Virus record (IMG/VR): IMGVR_UViG_3300031993_000053 | Location: 1 to 64,000 of that record | Strand: one strand, 5' to 3' | DNA from: a virus | Taxonomy: Duplodnaviria; Caudoviricetes | DNA length: 64,000 bases | The notes under the pieces: generated by a model | Seen by the model: only the letters and a program-made list of their open reading frames with translations | What the model was told of the DNA's origin: nothing | The model's database searches: none | Program-made: the position numbers and the translations under genes | Shown here: in pieces, positions 53,419-63,900 of the stretch | How positions within the stretch are numbered: position 1 is the first letter of the stretch | Layout of the letters: each line of letters begins with the position of its first letter

Positions 53419-55464
53419 TTATTCCTCATAATCGTGTTCAAAAACTTCATTCCAATCTATTTTATTTGCTTCTGAATATGCATAATCTTTAAAATAATCA
53501 AAAAATTTTTGTGAGTATTTTTTATATAATTCTTCAACAATTGGAGAAAGTTTATAATTAAGTTCTGGCTTATAACCAAGAAGATCATCATAAATATATT
53601 CTTCAAGTTTATTATCATAATAACGACCAAGAGTATCGCCATCTGTAGCTGGTAATTTTATCATTTCTTGATATTTAGAATCTTCTTTTAATAATAAATT
53701 TTTTATAAGTTCAGCTAAAGGCTCATCATACTCATAATCACTAGGATAAATTTCAAACTCATATTCTATTTCAGTTTCATAGTAATCTTCATCCCATGGT
53801 TTTGCATTATGAGGAGAGGCATCAGCTTTGACTACCATATCTTTATATATAAGACCAAAAGACTTACCATTAAACCAATAATCGTTTTGATAATCTATCT
53901 TGCTATCATTAATATTATCTTCAATATATACATCTTCAATAGAATTAGTTAATATTTCTTTCTTATACTTTTTAAAATATTTTTCAGCATTTTCTTTTGT
54001 TAAATGGTCTTTATGCTTAATAGTATATCCCATACCATTTTTAATTTTTTCTAAACTAGCACTATATCCAGTATCTTTATCCCATCGATACTCAGTATAT
54101 AATCCATCTTTTTCAAAATATTCAATTACTAAAGATGAGTCTTTTATATTTCGTTTATCCCAATAAGAATAAGCAATAGCAGCCCGCTGCTTTTCATCTG
54201 GATATTCTTTAGCGGTTTCTTTCATAAAGCGGGCTATAAAATCTTTTTTTGATTCACCTTTTTTAGGTTTAACATCTTTAATAGAATCATATCCTTTAGC
54301 ATGACCTATTCTATAGGCTAATTCTTCAGCGGCAGCTTTATCAAATTCTTCTTGCTTTTCAAATTCTTTTTCATCAAAATCATCATGCCAATCATTATGA
54401 TCAAGTATAGTTTCTATTAATTCATCACTTGTATCACAAACTTCAATAAGTTCACCATTATCATCATATACAACAAACTTGCCGCTATCAATTTTAAAAT
54501 AAATATCAGCAGTTTTATAAGTAGTTTCATCTACTTGTTTAATATCTAAACCATATGGTTCATCTTGTAAATAATCAATAACTTCTAATAAATCTCCATC
54601 TATAATATATCTTGGTGCTAAAGAATCTTTTATATATTTATCAACATATTTTTTAGCATTATCTAAATGTTTAAAAGATTTAATATATTTACCCGATGGA
54701 GAATATAAATCCCATGGTTCTTCTGGTACATAATAACCATATTCTTTTGCTTCAGCAAAATCTTCATCAATTTCAATTATATAGCCTTTATAATGGTATA
54801 CTTCATATCCATCATTTATTTTTTTAGAATCTTTAACTTTTAATTTATTTGGAAGCTCAACTACCATAACAACATTATTTTCCCACTCTAATGGTTCAGT
54901 AAATCCGTCTTTCTTTAAAGCCTCTTCAATTCTTGGTAAGATATTATCTTCATAATAATCAAAGCCTGCACCAAATTCACTAGATAGCCCTTCCATCATA
55001 TAATTCATATCTTCTTCATAATCAATAGTATAATTTTCATATTCATCATATAATTCTAAAAAGTCACCATTTACTCTATATTTAAAATTAAATTCTCCTT
55101 CTGATTCTACACCTTCAATTTCTATTGGAGCATTTAATTCAGTAAGTAGCTTATCTAAATTAGGTAATTTTAAAATAGCGTCTTCAAATTTAGTTTCTTT
55201 CTTTATAATCATATCTTCTCCCATCTCACGTTTATAAAATTTCATAAATTTATTAAACATTTCTTCAGAAAAAATAATATCCATTTTATCTTTATTTTCC
55301 CATTCTTTAAAATCTTTTGTTGTCATAAATTTATTATATAATTGATTCATTTTATTATTAGAGATCCTATTTAACTCAGCAAGTTCTTTCCAATATTGAC
55401 TAATTTCATTAAAGCTATTATCTTTCATTTTTAGTAGCCTCCTATTCAAATTTAATTTTATCAC
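53419..55464 (-). CDS. acidic multi-module head-associated polyprotein candidate
   Basis: repeated MKDN/VKDS/IKDS/INDS junctions; KPKKGESKKDFIARFM module. Confidence 0.75.
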   Translation of the reverse strand: MIKLNLNRRLLKMKDNSFNEISQYWKELAELNRISNNKMNQLYNKFMTTKDFKEWENKDKMDIIFSEEMFNKFMKFYKREMGEDMIIKKETKFEDAILKLPNLDKLLTELNAPIEIEGVESEGEFNFKYRVNGDFLELYDEYENYTIDYEEDMNYMMEGLSSEFGAGFDYYEDNILPRIEEALKKDGFTEPLEWENNVVMVVELPNKLKVKDSKKINDGYEVYHYKGYIIEIDEDFAEAKEYGYYVPEEPWDLYSPSGKYIKSFKHLDNAKKYVDKYIKDSLAPRYIIDGDLLEVIDYLQDEPYGLDIKQVDETTYKTADIYFKIDSGKFVVYDDNGELIEVCDTSDELIETILDHNDWHDDFDEKEFEKQEEFDKAAAEELAYRIGHAKGYDSIKDVKPKKGESKKDFIARFMKETAKEYPDEKQRAAIAYSYWDKRNIKDSSLVIEYFEKDGLYTEYRWDKDTGYSASLEKIKNGMGYTIKHKDHLTKENAEKYFKKYKKEILTNSIEDVYIEDNINDSKIDYQNDYWFNGKSFGLIYKDMVVKADASPHNAKPWDEDYYETEIEYEFEIYPSDYEYDEPLAELIKNLLLKEDSKYQEMIKLPATDGDTLGRYYDNKLEEYIYDDLLGYKPELNYKLSPIVEELYKKYSQKFFDYFKDYAYSEANKIDWNEVFEHDYEE

Positions 55465-55486
55465 AATTATTTTAAATTATCTACTT

Positions 55487-56293
55487 TTATATAGAATAAT
55501 TTGAAGAAATTGTTACAGATTTATTATAAACAGTTAATACATCAACAGTAAATTGATATACATTATTTTCTTTAGTATTTTTATTTTCTTTAATAACGCT
55601 TGAAGAAAATGAATTTATTTTTACTACAGCCGGATGTTTATTAATAATATTTATAATTTCTATATCTATAATTGCTTTATCTCGTATTTTATCTAAAAGA
55701 GGTAAACCATAATTTAAATTATAATATAATTCACCTTTTATTACAGCAAGTCTTTGAGTTAATGATTTTCCAACCATTTCTTGATTATCAATTATATAAT
55801 TATCTGCAGGAATTTTTGATCCAGATCTTTGTCTATATTTTAATTCTAATTCATTTATATAATTACTAACACCAAGACCGCTAAGAGTTAATAAGATATA
55901 ATTAGTAGCGCTCATTGTAAAAGCTATATCTGTATCAACTGATCCAACAACATCTCCTTCAACTAAATTATTTATAACAGTATCATTTTCATCAACTTCT
56001 TGAAATAAATAATGAATTGTTCCAACTCCATCAACCATAAAACTTGCTCCTTGATTTTTAGACCTTGGATAAGTTGATTTAATTGTTATGCTAGTAATAA
56101 CTCCGCCAGATGTTGTTACTGATGTTATACCGCAAACAGCAAGCGGAAATTCATTACATAAAAAATTTTCTCTTGTTATAGAATATACGGCAACTTCTTC
56201 ATCAATTTGATTAACATCACTAACTCCAGCTGAACCAAACCAAACAATATTATATGTACCATCAGGATTTTTAATTATATTTCTTGTTCTCAT
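55487..56293 (-). CDS. baseplate wedge / gp25-gp46-like protein with internal insertion
   Basis: MRTR N-terminus; C-terminal ..QRL..IKGE..YN..YGLP. Confidence 0.65.
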   Translation of the reverse strand: MRTRNIIKNPDGTYNIVWFGSAGVSDVNQIDEEVAVYSITRENFLCNEFPLAVCGITSVTTSGGVITSITIKSTYPRSKNQGASFMVDGVGTIHYLFQEVDENDTVINNLVEGDVVGSVDTDIAFTMSATNYILLTLSGLGVSNYINELELKYRQRSGSKIPADNYIIDNQEMVGKSLTQRLAVIKGELYYNLNYGLPLLDKIRDKAIIDIEIINIINKHPAVVKINSFSSSVIKENKNTKENNVYQFTVDVLTVYNKSVTISSNYSI

Positions 56294-56295
56294 AA

Positions 56296-56964
56296 TTATT
56301 CCTCCTGATCTGTATTTTCAGAAAATACATAATTTCCACTATCAAATATAGCACTGCTATCAAATGTTCCAACAACTGGTTCGCCTATACTTTTAATATA
56401 TTCTATACCAAGACTTTCAACTAATAACTCATCGGATAAAACTAATTTTCCAAGAGTTGTTGGATTTAATGCTGTTCCATATTTAGTTGAATCAGTACAA
56501 ATAATAGTTGCACTAAGTGGAACTAAATTACCACTACTTAATGTTTGTTTATATAATATATTTTTTGATTTATATAAATCACTTAATTCTTCATTTGTTC
56601 CTTGATAATTTAACCTTGTAATTATAACTTGCAAATAGAATTTTAATTCTGCATTTGTCATAGTTATAGTTTCTTCAGTATTACTATATTTAATTTTTTT
56701 AGTTCTACTTACACCATAAAACGAAGCTAATATATCAAGTTCAGCTCCATATATTGAATCAGGATCATATCCTAATCTTGAAAAATATAAATCGTCACCT
56801 TCAAAAATATCAAAAGAATAAATTAATAATTTTCCAACATCATTTAAATTATTTAATATTGCAATATATATTTCTTCTCTATCAATTATTCCATATGAAT
56901 TTTTAAGAAATAATGACATTTTATCTAAATAATAATCTTTTAATAATAATTTGCTATCAATCAT
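56296..56964 (-). CDS. baseplate protein (DUF2612-like)
   Basis: G..LDILAS.YGVSR...L.....GT..EL; follows baseplate J. Confidence 0.7.
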   Translation of the reverse strand: MIDSKLLLKDYYLDKMSLFLKNSYGIIDREEIYIAILNNLNDVGKLLIYSFDIFEGDDLYFSRLGYDPDSIYGAELDILASFYGVSRTKKIKYSNTEETITMTNAELKFYLQVIITRLNYQGTNEELSDLYKSKNILYKQTLSSGNLVPLSATIICTDSTKYGTALNPTTLGKLVLSDELLVESLGIEYIKSIGEPVVGTFDSSAIFDSGNYVFSENTDQEE

Positions 56965-56969
56965 AAGTA

Positions 56970-58523
56970 TCACCCTATAATTAAAGTGCAAATTATATTA
57001 CCACTTTCTATTGTATAACTAAAACTAGCAGTAGTATAATGAAAATATGTAACAGGAAGAATACAATAATTTTCACCATTATCTTCAAGTCCATCAACTG
57101 TCATAGATTGTGCTATATAACTAGTTGTATTTAAATCGGCTTGTTGTAATTCTGTTATAACATCATTATTTATTAACTTTTGACCAATTTGAATATTATT
57201 TAAATAATTAATTAATATAGTTTTAATATATTCTTCTTGCTCATTTTCAGCTAAATAATTTACATAAGTTATCTTTTTACCGCTATCAGTTGTTAATGAA
57301 CTATTAGTATATAATGAATCACCAGCAGCAAGATTAGTGCTACTATATAATTTAGTAGTTCCATCATCATTTGTCCATGATAAATATCCTGTACCATTTC
57401 CATATAAAACATATTTAACACTTGGATTTGAATCATCAATTATAAAACTTACATTATATCTTGGCAAGCACATATATTTTATTATAATATCATTATTTTC
57501 TGGACTACATTTTTTCCAATATATTGTATTGCCTTCGACCGTTTTGCTTGTTGCAATTCCAGTTGTTGTTCCGCTTGCGCTTTGAGTTATAACACCTGGA
57601 GTCAATCTATTATTTATAATTTGTGCAATTTCATCCTCATCAATAATTGTATTTGGCTTATATCTTAATGCAATATATACATTATGACCAGCAACTGTAA
57701 TAGTTCCATCAGTCATATCATCAATATTAGCTGTTGGAGATGCTGAATTATTACTAAATATATAACAATCATCAATATATTCTAAATTATATAAAGCAGA
57801 AAATAGTCCTTCTTTAGTTGTATAACTATTTATACCAGACATTCTTTTTTGTCTTAATCTAAGTGAAGTATCAGATTCCGCAATATTGCCTGGAACTGCG
57901 TCTTCTGCTTGATATATTTTATATGTTCCATAAGTCATTAATATAAACGAACCATTATTTTGGTTAAAAGTAAGGCTGTTCCATGCAATATCAGTTACGG
58001 GGTCAGTTATACTTTGCCCCGTACCAGCAGCAGTAATTGGCCCAAATTCATCACAAATAAAAGTTTGTAATGTAATTTCTTCATTAGCAAGAGTTATATT
58101 ATTTGATGGTGTAAAAGTCCAAATATAACCATTTGTATCTTGCACTTGAATATTATTATTACGTAAAATTGTTACACTATTACCGCTAACATTTTTAATA
58201 TAAATGTTAACTTTTGATTGACTTGCTGGTTTTCTTTTAATATTAGTAAGTTGACACAATATATCTAAATATTGTCCAATAGCAGTATTAGGATTTAGAT
58301 TATTAGCAATATTTCCAAGAAGACTATACATATTATCAAATATTAAAGTTTCCATCATTAAATATTGAGCATCAGCTGATGCTGCATTTAAATCAATATC
58401 ACTTCCATATATATCTCTCATTTTATCAGAAAGAATTTTTACCATCTCTCTTTGGCTAGCTCTTTGAAATCCATTAGTTGGACTAATAATTGCTAATTGA
58501 TCATATGTAAATTGTTTTGCCAT
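56970..58523 (-). CDS. baseplate J-like protein
   Basis: IYG.DIDL...SAD.Q...NPNTA.GQ.LD....I.RK.A...GPI.A...ESD..LR.R. Confidence 0.85.
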   Translation of the reverse strand: MAKQFTYDQLAIISPTNGFQRASQREMVKILSDKMRDIYGSDIDLNAASADAQYLMMETLIFDNMYSLLGNIANNLNPNTAIGQYLDILCQLTNIKRKPASQSKVNIYIKNVSGNSVTILRNNNIQVQDTNGYIWTFTPSNNITLANEEITLQTFICDEFGPITAAGTGQSITDPVTDIAWNSLTFNQNNGSFILMTYGTYKIYQAEDAVPGNIAESDTSLRLRQKRMSGINSYTTKEGLFSALYNLEYIDDCYIFSNNSASPTANIDDMTDGTITVAGHNVYIALRYKPNTIIDEDEIAQIINNRLTPGVITQSASGTTTGIATSKTVEGNTIYWKKCSPENNDIIIKYMCLPRYNVSFIIDDSNPSVKYVLYGNGTGYLSWTNDDGTTKLYSSTNLAAGDSLYTNSSLTTDSGKKITYVNYLAENEQEEYIKTILINYLNNIQIGQKLINNDVITELQQADLNTTSYIAQSMTVDGLEDNGENYCILPVTYFHYTTASFSYTIESGNIICTLIIG

Positions 58524-58532
58524 AATCTCCTC

Positions 58533-59261
58533 CTATAAATTGACTATAAATAGATAGCCATACATATTATCAGACATGCTAAAATTAGAATTTCCGCTCC
58601 AAATAGTTAATGTATGATTATCATTATTATATTTATAATTGATCGTTGTTGTTACAACTGATCCAAGTTCTCCTTCTTCATATATAAATGTGCCAACAGT
58701 TTTATAAGTTATATCATGATTTAATCTATATAAAGTTATTAAAGTATTACAATATCCAAAAGTAAATACTCCAAGTCCTTGATTTTTAACTAAATCAACA
58801 TTACTAAATACAAACCTATTACTATCGCTCTTAGTTACGCCTAATAATTTTGGTCCTAATTGAACACTATTTGTACTTACTAATACTGCTGAAGATTTAC
58901 TATGTAATGAAGGATTTAAATTTTTAATTGGATTATTTTTACTAGTTTTTAAATTAACATCAAAATTTAAATCAGTATAAATAACTGTAACAATTTGATC
59001 ATCTATAAAATTTTCTTCTTTAAAATAATAACATTGTTGAAGTCTTGAATTTTCATTTTTGCTAAGTGGAAGAGGAATAATATTAATTAATCCATATCCA
59101 GTATCAGAATCAAACTCTTTAACAACACCCTTAAATAAAGCAATTGTTGCAACATGTAATTCATTTTTAAATGACTGCTTAAATAAATTTAAGACATCAA
59201 CAAGACTCGTAGTTTGGTCAAGCCTATTACTATTTTTTATAATAATTTCTTCATTATTCAT
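58533..59261 (-). CDS. baseplate spike / Gp138-N-like protein
   Basis: LHVATIA..KG........I.PL...V.VIYTD...H. Confidence 0.6.
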   Translation of the reverse strand: MNNEEIIIKNSNRLDQTTSLVDVLNLFKQSFKNELHVATIALFKGVVKEFDSDTGYGLINIIPLPLSKNENSRLQQCYYFKEENFIDDQIVTVIYTDLNFDVNLKTSKNNPIKNLNPSLHSKSSAVLVSTNSVQLGPKLLGVTKSDSNRFVFSNVDLVKNQGLGVFTFGYCNTLITLYRLNHDITYKTVGTFIYEEGELGSVVTTTINYKYNNDNHTLTIWSGNSNFSMSDNMYGYLFIVNL

Positions 59262-60316
59262 TATACTGCACCTCCAGTCACACCAGTTAAAATTTCAAGT
59301 GCAACAGCAGTGATAGCTAATTCAAATGTCTGGCCTCTATTTTGAAAATGATAATTAATTGTTCTTATCATATATTGTCCTGTTGGGCTAAAGAAGTTAG
59401 CATTAAAAGTTGATGTAACATCTTCTGCATTTTGAATAGAGGCATCTAATAATTCATTTGGAAAAATAATAATATCACCAGGTTTAAAATTTATCATTGG
59501 AAGAAGTGATGCTTTAAGACCAGCAGATGATATAGTAGGATTTCCTTTTGTAAGAATTATCATATTAGGATCAATTGCAATTTTTCTTTTATCAGCAATA
59601 GTAGTACAATCAATATAAAAATCGTCATCGCTTGCATCTGTTGATAAATAAAAGTCTTGATTAGATTGTGCTGCAAGTTGTTCTACTAAATTACCAACTT
59701 GCCCATTTAAATTTTCAACTTCTTTTGTAAAATAATATCTAAGAGATGGACTAATTTTTATTTTATCCATACCAGATTGATCTGATAAATATTTAATTGC
59801 AGCATAAATATTAATTCCAGAATTAAGCGATAAATTAATTCTTGATTGACTAAACTTTGCAACATATGAACTAGCATAAGTTATATAAGTATCAGTATCT
59901 TTTCGTGTGTTAATTTTTTGTGATATATAACTAACTTCACCTTTAAAATATCGCTCTGGTTCAATATCTTTTCCATACCCAGCATAAATTTCTATATCAT
60001 AAAATTTACCTGCAACAAGTAAAATTAATAAATCATAAGGCATATTAGTAATTGTAACCGTGCCTTTATCTTTATTTAGTGCTAAATTTTTTGAGCCAGT
60101 AATAGAAATATTAAGTTCAGGATTACCATTTTTAAATATAATCTCTTCTCCATTTATTTGCGACCTTAATACAACTTTAATATTTCTAATCCAAGTAGTT
60201 CTAAGCAAACTTTTCTTATCAATTGATTCTGCTAATACAGCTTTATCAAGTGAATTTTTTGTTTTAGTCTTTCCTTTAAAACCACCACCATCATCAAAAA
60301 TAATTTCATCTTTCAT
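59261..60316 (-). CDS. baseplate hub protein
   Basis: K......TITN....I..GY...F.GEV...LLP....GDII...G.Y.IR.I. Confidence 0.75.
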   Translation of the reverse strand: MKDEIIFDDGGGFKGKTKTKNSLDKAVLAESIDKKSLLRTTWIRNIKVVLRSQINGEEIIFKNGNPELNISITGSKNLALNKDKGTVTITNMPYDLLILLVAGKFYDIEIYAGYGKDIEPERYFKGEVSYISQKINTRKDTDTYITYASSYVAKFSQSRINLSLNSGINIYAAIKYLSDQSGMDKIKISPSLRYYFTKEVENLNGQVGNLVEQLAAQSNQDFYLSTDASDDDFYIDCTTIADKRKIAIDPNMIILTKGNPTISSAGLKASLLPMINFKPGDIIIFPNELLDASIQNAEDVTSTFNANFFSPTGQYMIRTINYHFQNRGQTFELAITAVALEILTGVTGGAV

Positions 60317-60318
60317 AA

Positions 60319-62313
60319 TTAAGCCTCAAGTCTCGAAACATATTTTGATATAGTATCTTTTAAATTATTTTTAACAGTTTCAAAAGATCCATAGCTTACT
60401 ATTAGCATACAATTATTAATATTTGACGCTTCAATAATTGAACTAGTATAGCTAAGAGTAGTTTTAGATAAAAGATCATTTGTTGTATCGCTCCATGTTT
60501 CCATATAATTTTGAATAGTTACACTTAATACATCTGCTTCTAAAGCTGGATTATATAAATGAATTTCATATGTTCCAGTTTTATCAACAAATATGGCTTC
60601 ATCACTTGTAACAGAATCTAAGCTCGTACAAGTAAGAGTTCTATCATACGCATTTCTTAAGCTACCATTTGATCCATCTAAATTATCCCATGTATTTCCA
60701 GTTGTATTATATATTTGTGGAGCACATTCTAAATATTCTATTTTAAATTGTTGTTCTTTCCATACTTTATCTTTACTTAAATATTTAACCGTTTCATATT
60801 TATATTTTTTAGTAAAAGTTAATTTATAAGCATTGCCACCAATATTAATTTGACATTCAGTAGATGGAGTTTCAGACATATCTGGAAGTTGATAAAAACG
60901 GCAATTATTAGCAACTTGATTTAATGTAATATTACATTCATTTAAGAAAGTTTTTAATCTTCCAAGTTCATTATAATTTAATTTAGTAGTATCTTTACTC
61001 ATTGCTAAAAAGATTTCTTGCTTTTTGGTATCATCTAATATATATCCATAACCACCTGATCCACTACTTGTATATCCATAGTCAACAGTTATATTATATT
61101 TTCTAGCAATTTTAGCCCATTCATTATCACTTATTCTATTACCTGGTTCTAACCAATTTTTAAGCCCGTCAATAATTTTAAATCGTTTTTGTTCTTGCCG
61201 AACAGCAGTAATAATTATGCCTGTTACAAGAATACAAATTCCTACTGCTATACCAACAATTAAACCAATTGGTCCTGCGCTTGAACTTGCTGCTGCAGTA
61301 GTTCCAGCTACACCTAAATACGTTGCAAGAGCTCCAACACTAGTAATTACTGACGCCGCAGCAAGACCAGCCATTGTACCACCAATTACACCCATAATAG
61401 CGCTTGATCCAATATTTCCAGCTGTATCAAGACCCGCTCTTTTTAAGGCCGCTTTAATATACTCTTCTAAATAAAGAGGGTCATTTTTAGCTATTTGGGT
61501 AAGAATAGCTGAATAAGATTTATCTTGTGTCTTATAATAAATAGATGAATCTGTTTGAATTTGTTCTGCAAATAAAGTTGCTGCAACAACAGTTGATCTA
61601 TTTATAAAAGTATGTGATTGGCATAAAGTATTTAATATAACTTTATCCCAAAAAGATAGCACATCTTCTTCACTTACCATCTTACCAAATAAAATATCAC
61701 CTAAATTTTGAGCAACTGGTGAAGCAAGACTTGCCTCATTATCTTCTGCAATTTCTATATTGATATCACTTAAATCATAATTAAGTGAAATAATTTCTTT
61801 AAATGAAAATGAATAGGCCATTGATGATTCAGACTCTTTCCATGTAATTGATTCAAGCGCCATTTGCGGTCTAACTTTGAATCTTGTTGCACCTTTTTCA
61901 CCTTCAATATAAGTCATCAAATCACATAGTATGCCATTGTCTTTTATATATTCAAACGTCTTTTGAATATTTTCAAGACGGTCACCATTTTCATTAGTTC
62001 CAGGGACATAGGCATATGAATCCATAGTATTTCTTTCATATCCATATACACTAAATGATCCAGAAATAGAATAAGTATCTGGATCTCTATACATATGATC
62101 TGATAATGTATCACCATTAAAAATTGGCTGGCTAGCAATTTTTGCACTTGCTGTAAGATCACGTTCTGATATTGTATCTAAATGTAATATAATATCTCTA
62201 TATCTAGTTTTTTCTGTTTTTCTTTCTGTAGTCCCACTATTAGTATTAGAAAGATTAACATCAATATTTTCAGGGAGACTACATTTTATGACTAATTCAA
62301 ATCCTCTACTCAT
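60319..62313 (-). CDS. Dit-like tail protein with long Gly/Ala-rich transmembrane segment
   Basis: ASQPIFNG.T.SDH.YRDP.T..ISG N-terminal domain; hydrophobic stretch ~61200-61440. Confidence 0.7.
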   Translation of the reverse strand: MSRGFELVIKCSLPENIDVNLSNTNSGTTERKTEKTRYRDIILHLDTISERDLTASAKIASQPIFNGDTLSDHMYRDPDTYSISGSFSVYGYERNTMDSYAYVPGTNENGDRLENIQKTFEYIKDNGILCDLMTYIEGEKGATRFKVRPQMALESITWKESESSMAYSFSFKEIISLNYDLSDINIEIAEDNEASLASPVAQNLGDILFGKMVSEEDVLSFWDKVILNTLCQSHTFINRSTVVAATLFAEQIQTDSSIYYKTQDKSYSAILTQIAKNDPLYLEEYIKAALKRAGLDTAGNIGSSAIMGVIGGTMAGLAAASVITSVGALATYLGVAGTTAAASSSAGPIGLIVGIAVGICILVTGIIITAVRQEQKRFKIIDGLKNWLEPGNRISDNEWAKIARKYNITVDYGYTSSGSGGYGYILDDTKKQEIFLAMSKDTTKLNYNELGRLKTFLNECNITLNQVANNCRFYQLPDMSETPSTECQINIGGNAYKLTFTKKYKYETVKYLSKDKVWKEQQFKIEYLECAPQIYNTTGNTWDNLDGSNGSLRNAYDRTLTCTSLDSVTSDEAIFVDKTGTYEIHLYNPALEADVLSVTIQNYMETWSDTTNDLLSKTTLSYTSSIIEASNINNCMLIVSYGSFETVKNNLKDTISKYVSRLEA

Positions 62314-63653
62314 GATATATCTCCTATTGCAAGTGCAACTTCTTTCATTGCTTTTTCATTATTAGATTCAAACACTTCATTCCATTCATTAGTATCAACA
62401 CCAGAGACATTATTGCTTTGTGTAACATTAATATTAACTGTTTTGCCTCCACTTGCAGCAGAATAAGATAGTCTATCGGACATAACCCCGACACCTACCG
62501 CATCAGCTGAATTTGCTGATTTTCCAGCTCCAAAAAAGTTAACTAGCGCTGATACAGCTTGCATTAATTGCATCATAACATTTGCAGTGGTTTTAATAAA
62601 AGTAAATATTGCATCTTTATTCTTTGCGAACCATGTTAAAAATTCCATTGCAATCTTTTGCTTGAACATATCAAATTCTAATTGGAATTGTTGGACTTCT
62701 CTTAACACTCCATTTTGATTCATTTGTTCATACCAATTTTGGTATTTATTCATTAGCTCTTGGAACATTGCTCGCTGTTGAACATTCATATACATCAAGT
62801 CTTCTTCATTTGACATATTTAACATGCCCATTGTTCTAGTTAAGGCATAATTTTGACTTGCTGATATGCCGTATCGCATTTGTTGTTCACGAGCGGCCGC
62901 ATTAGTAAACAAACTTGTTCCCATTGAATAAGTTGCCATACCACCTTGCTTACTAAGTTCTGAACCAACTCGATTCATAACATCATTTAACATACTCTTA
63001 AATGATAAGTCTATGCCCATAGTTGTTTTTAACATATCATTGAACTTACCAGCAATTTTTTTAACCTTATCAAATATGGCTTGAACAACCATTATTGCAA
63101 TTTGGCCTTTTGCATATTGTTTATTTGCTGCACTTGCACCAAATTTATCTTTATTTATTTGATATCTATGTTCATTAAGGTCGGATAAATTTCCGAACAC
63201 TGATTTTCTATTTTTAAATAAGTCTTGAATAGCTCCAGCAGTTTTAGAATGAGTTTCAGCCTCTTTAGCTTTTTGCTCTTTTTCTTTTTCTTTAGCTTCT
63301 GCTTCTCGCTCTTCATCAGTTTTTAGTAATTCTTTATTTGCTTCTATTTGAGCTTTTAGCTCTTTGGCTTGTGCTTTTAAAAGCTCCAAGCGTTTTTGAC
63401 CGATTTTGGTTTCACCAGTTCCAGTCATTTTAATCGCATTTATAGCTTGATTAATTGATTTATATTGTTTTTCTAATTTATTAGCATTATTTAAATAATT
63501 TTTAATTTGATTTCCAATTGTCTTAATATTTTTTTCATCTAAAATATTAGTTTTGCCTAACGCTTTAAAAGATTTTTGGAGGTCAGCAATATCTTTCATG
63601 ACTTTCCCAGCATTAGTTTTTATATCAATTTCAGCTGTAACTTTTTTTGCCAT
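62310..63653 (-). CDS. tape measure protein (short, 447 aa)
   Basis: alpha-helical coiled coil, downstream of the tail chaperone, upstream of Dit-like. Confidence 0.7.
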   Translation of the reverse strand: MAKKVTAEIDIKTNAGKVMKDIADLQKSFKALGKTNILDEKNIKTIGNQIKNYLNNANKLEKQYKSINQAINAIKMTGTGETKIGQKRLELLKAQAKELKAQIEANKELLKTDEEREAEAKEKEKEQKAKEAETHSKTAGAIQDLFKNRKSVFGNLSDLNEHRYQINKDKFGASAANKQYAKGQIAIMVVQAIFDKVKKIAGKFNDMLKTTMGIDLSFKSMLNDVMNRVGSELSKQGGMATYSMGTSLFTNAAAREQQMRYGISASQNYALTRTMGMLNMSNEEDLMYMNVQQRAMFQELMNKYQNWYEQMNQNGVLREVQQFQLEFDMFKQKIAMEFLTWFAKNKDAIFTFIKTTANVMMQLMQAVSALVNFFGAGKSANSADAVGVGVMSDRLSYSAASGGKTVNINVTQSNNVSGVDTNEWNEVFESNNEKAMKEVALAIGDIS

Positions 63654-63673
63654 AATTTACTGACCTCCAATCT

Positions 63674-63900
63674 TTATTTATTATCTAAAATTATTTGTTT
63701 ATTATATAATGTTACCATTGCAACTTCATATAAATTTAAAACGTCATCAATATCCAAAACATTTTTTATTTCATTATAAGTTGCAAACTTATTAGTAATC
63801 AGCATATATATAATAGGATGAACACCTTTTGCTTTATGCAATTTCAAATCGTCTCCAGCTGGACTTATATAGTGTTCATTAGTTATTTGCTGGATTCTTG
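63674..63900 (-). CDS. tail assembly chaperone, frameshift (GT-type) extension
   Basis: read manually: ...GVHPIIYMLITNKFATYNEIKNVLDIDDVLNLYEVAM...; no own start, reached by -1 slip. Confidence 0.65.

Noticed and set aside
1251-63779. Overlapping short ORFs from the track (e.g. 1251, 3742, 4029, 4780, 5121, 9359, 13186, 13727, 16615, 19788, 23269, 26491, 27097, 27765, 33959, 35279, 35408, 36314, 39707, 42875, 44661, 45964, 46641, 49329, 50097, 51881, 52860, 53457, 53900, 55672, 57337, 59059, 60060, 60593, 61217, 61944, 63576)
   Set aside because: They lie antisense or out of frame within longer, motif-bearing genes, lack RBSs and have shadow-ORF composition.
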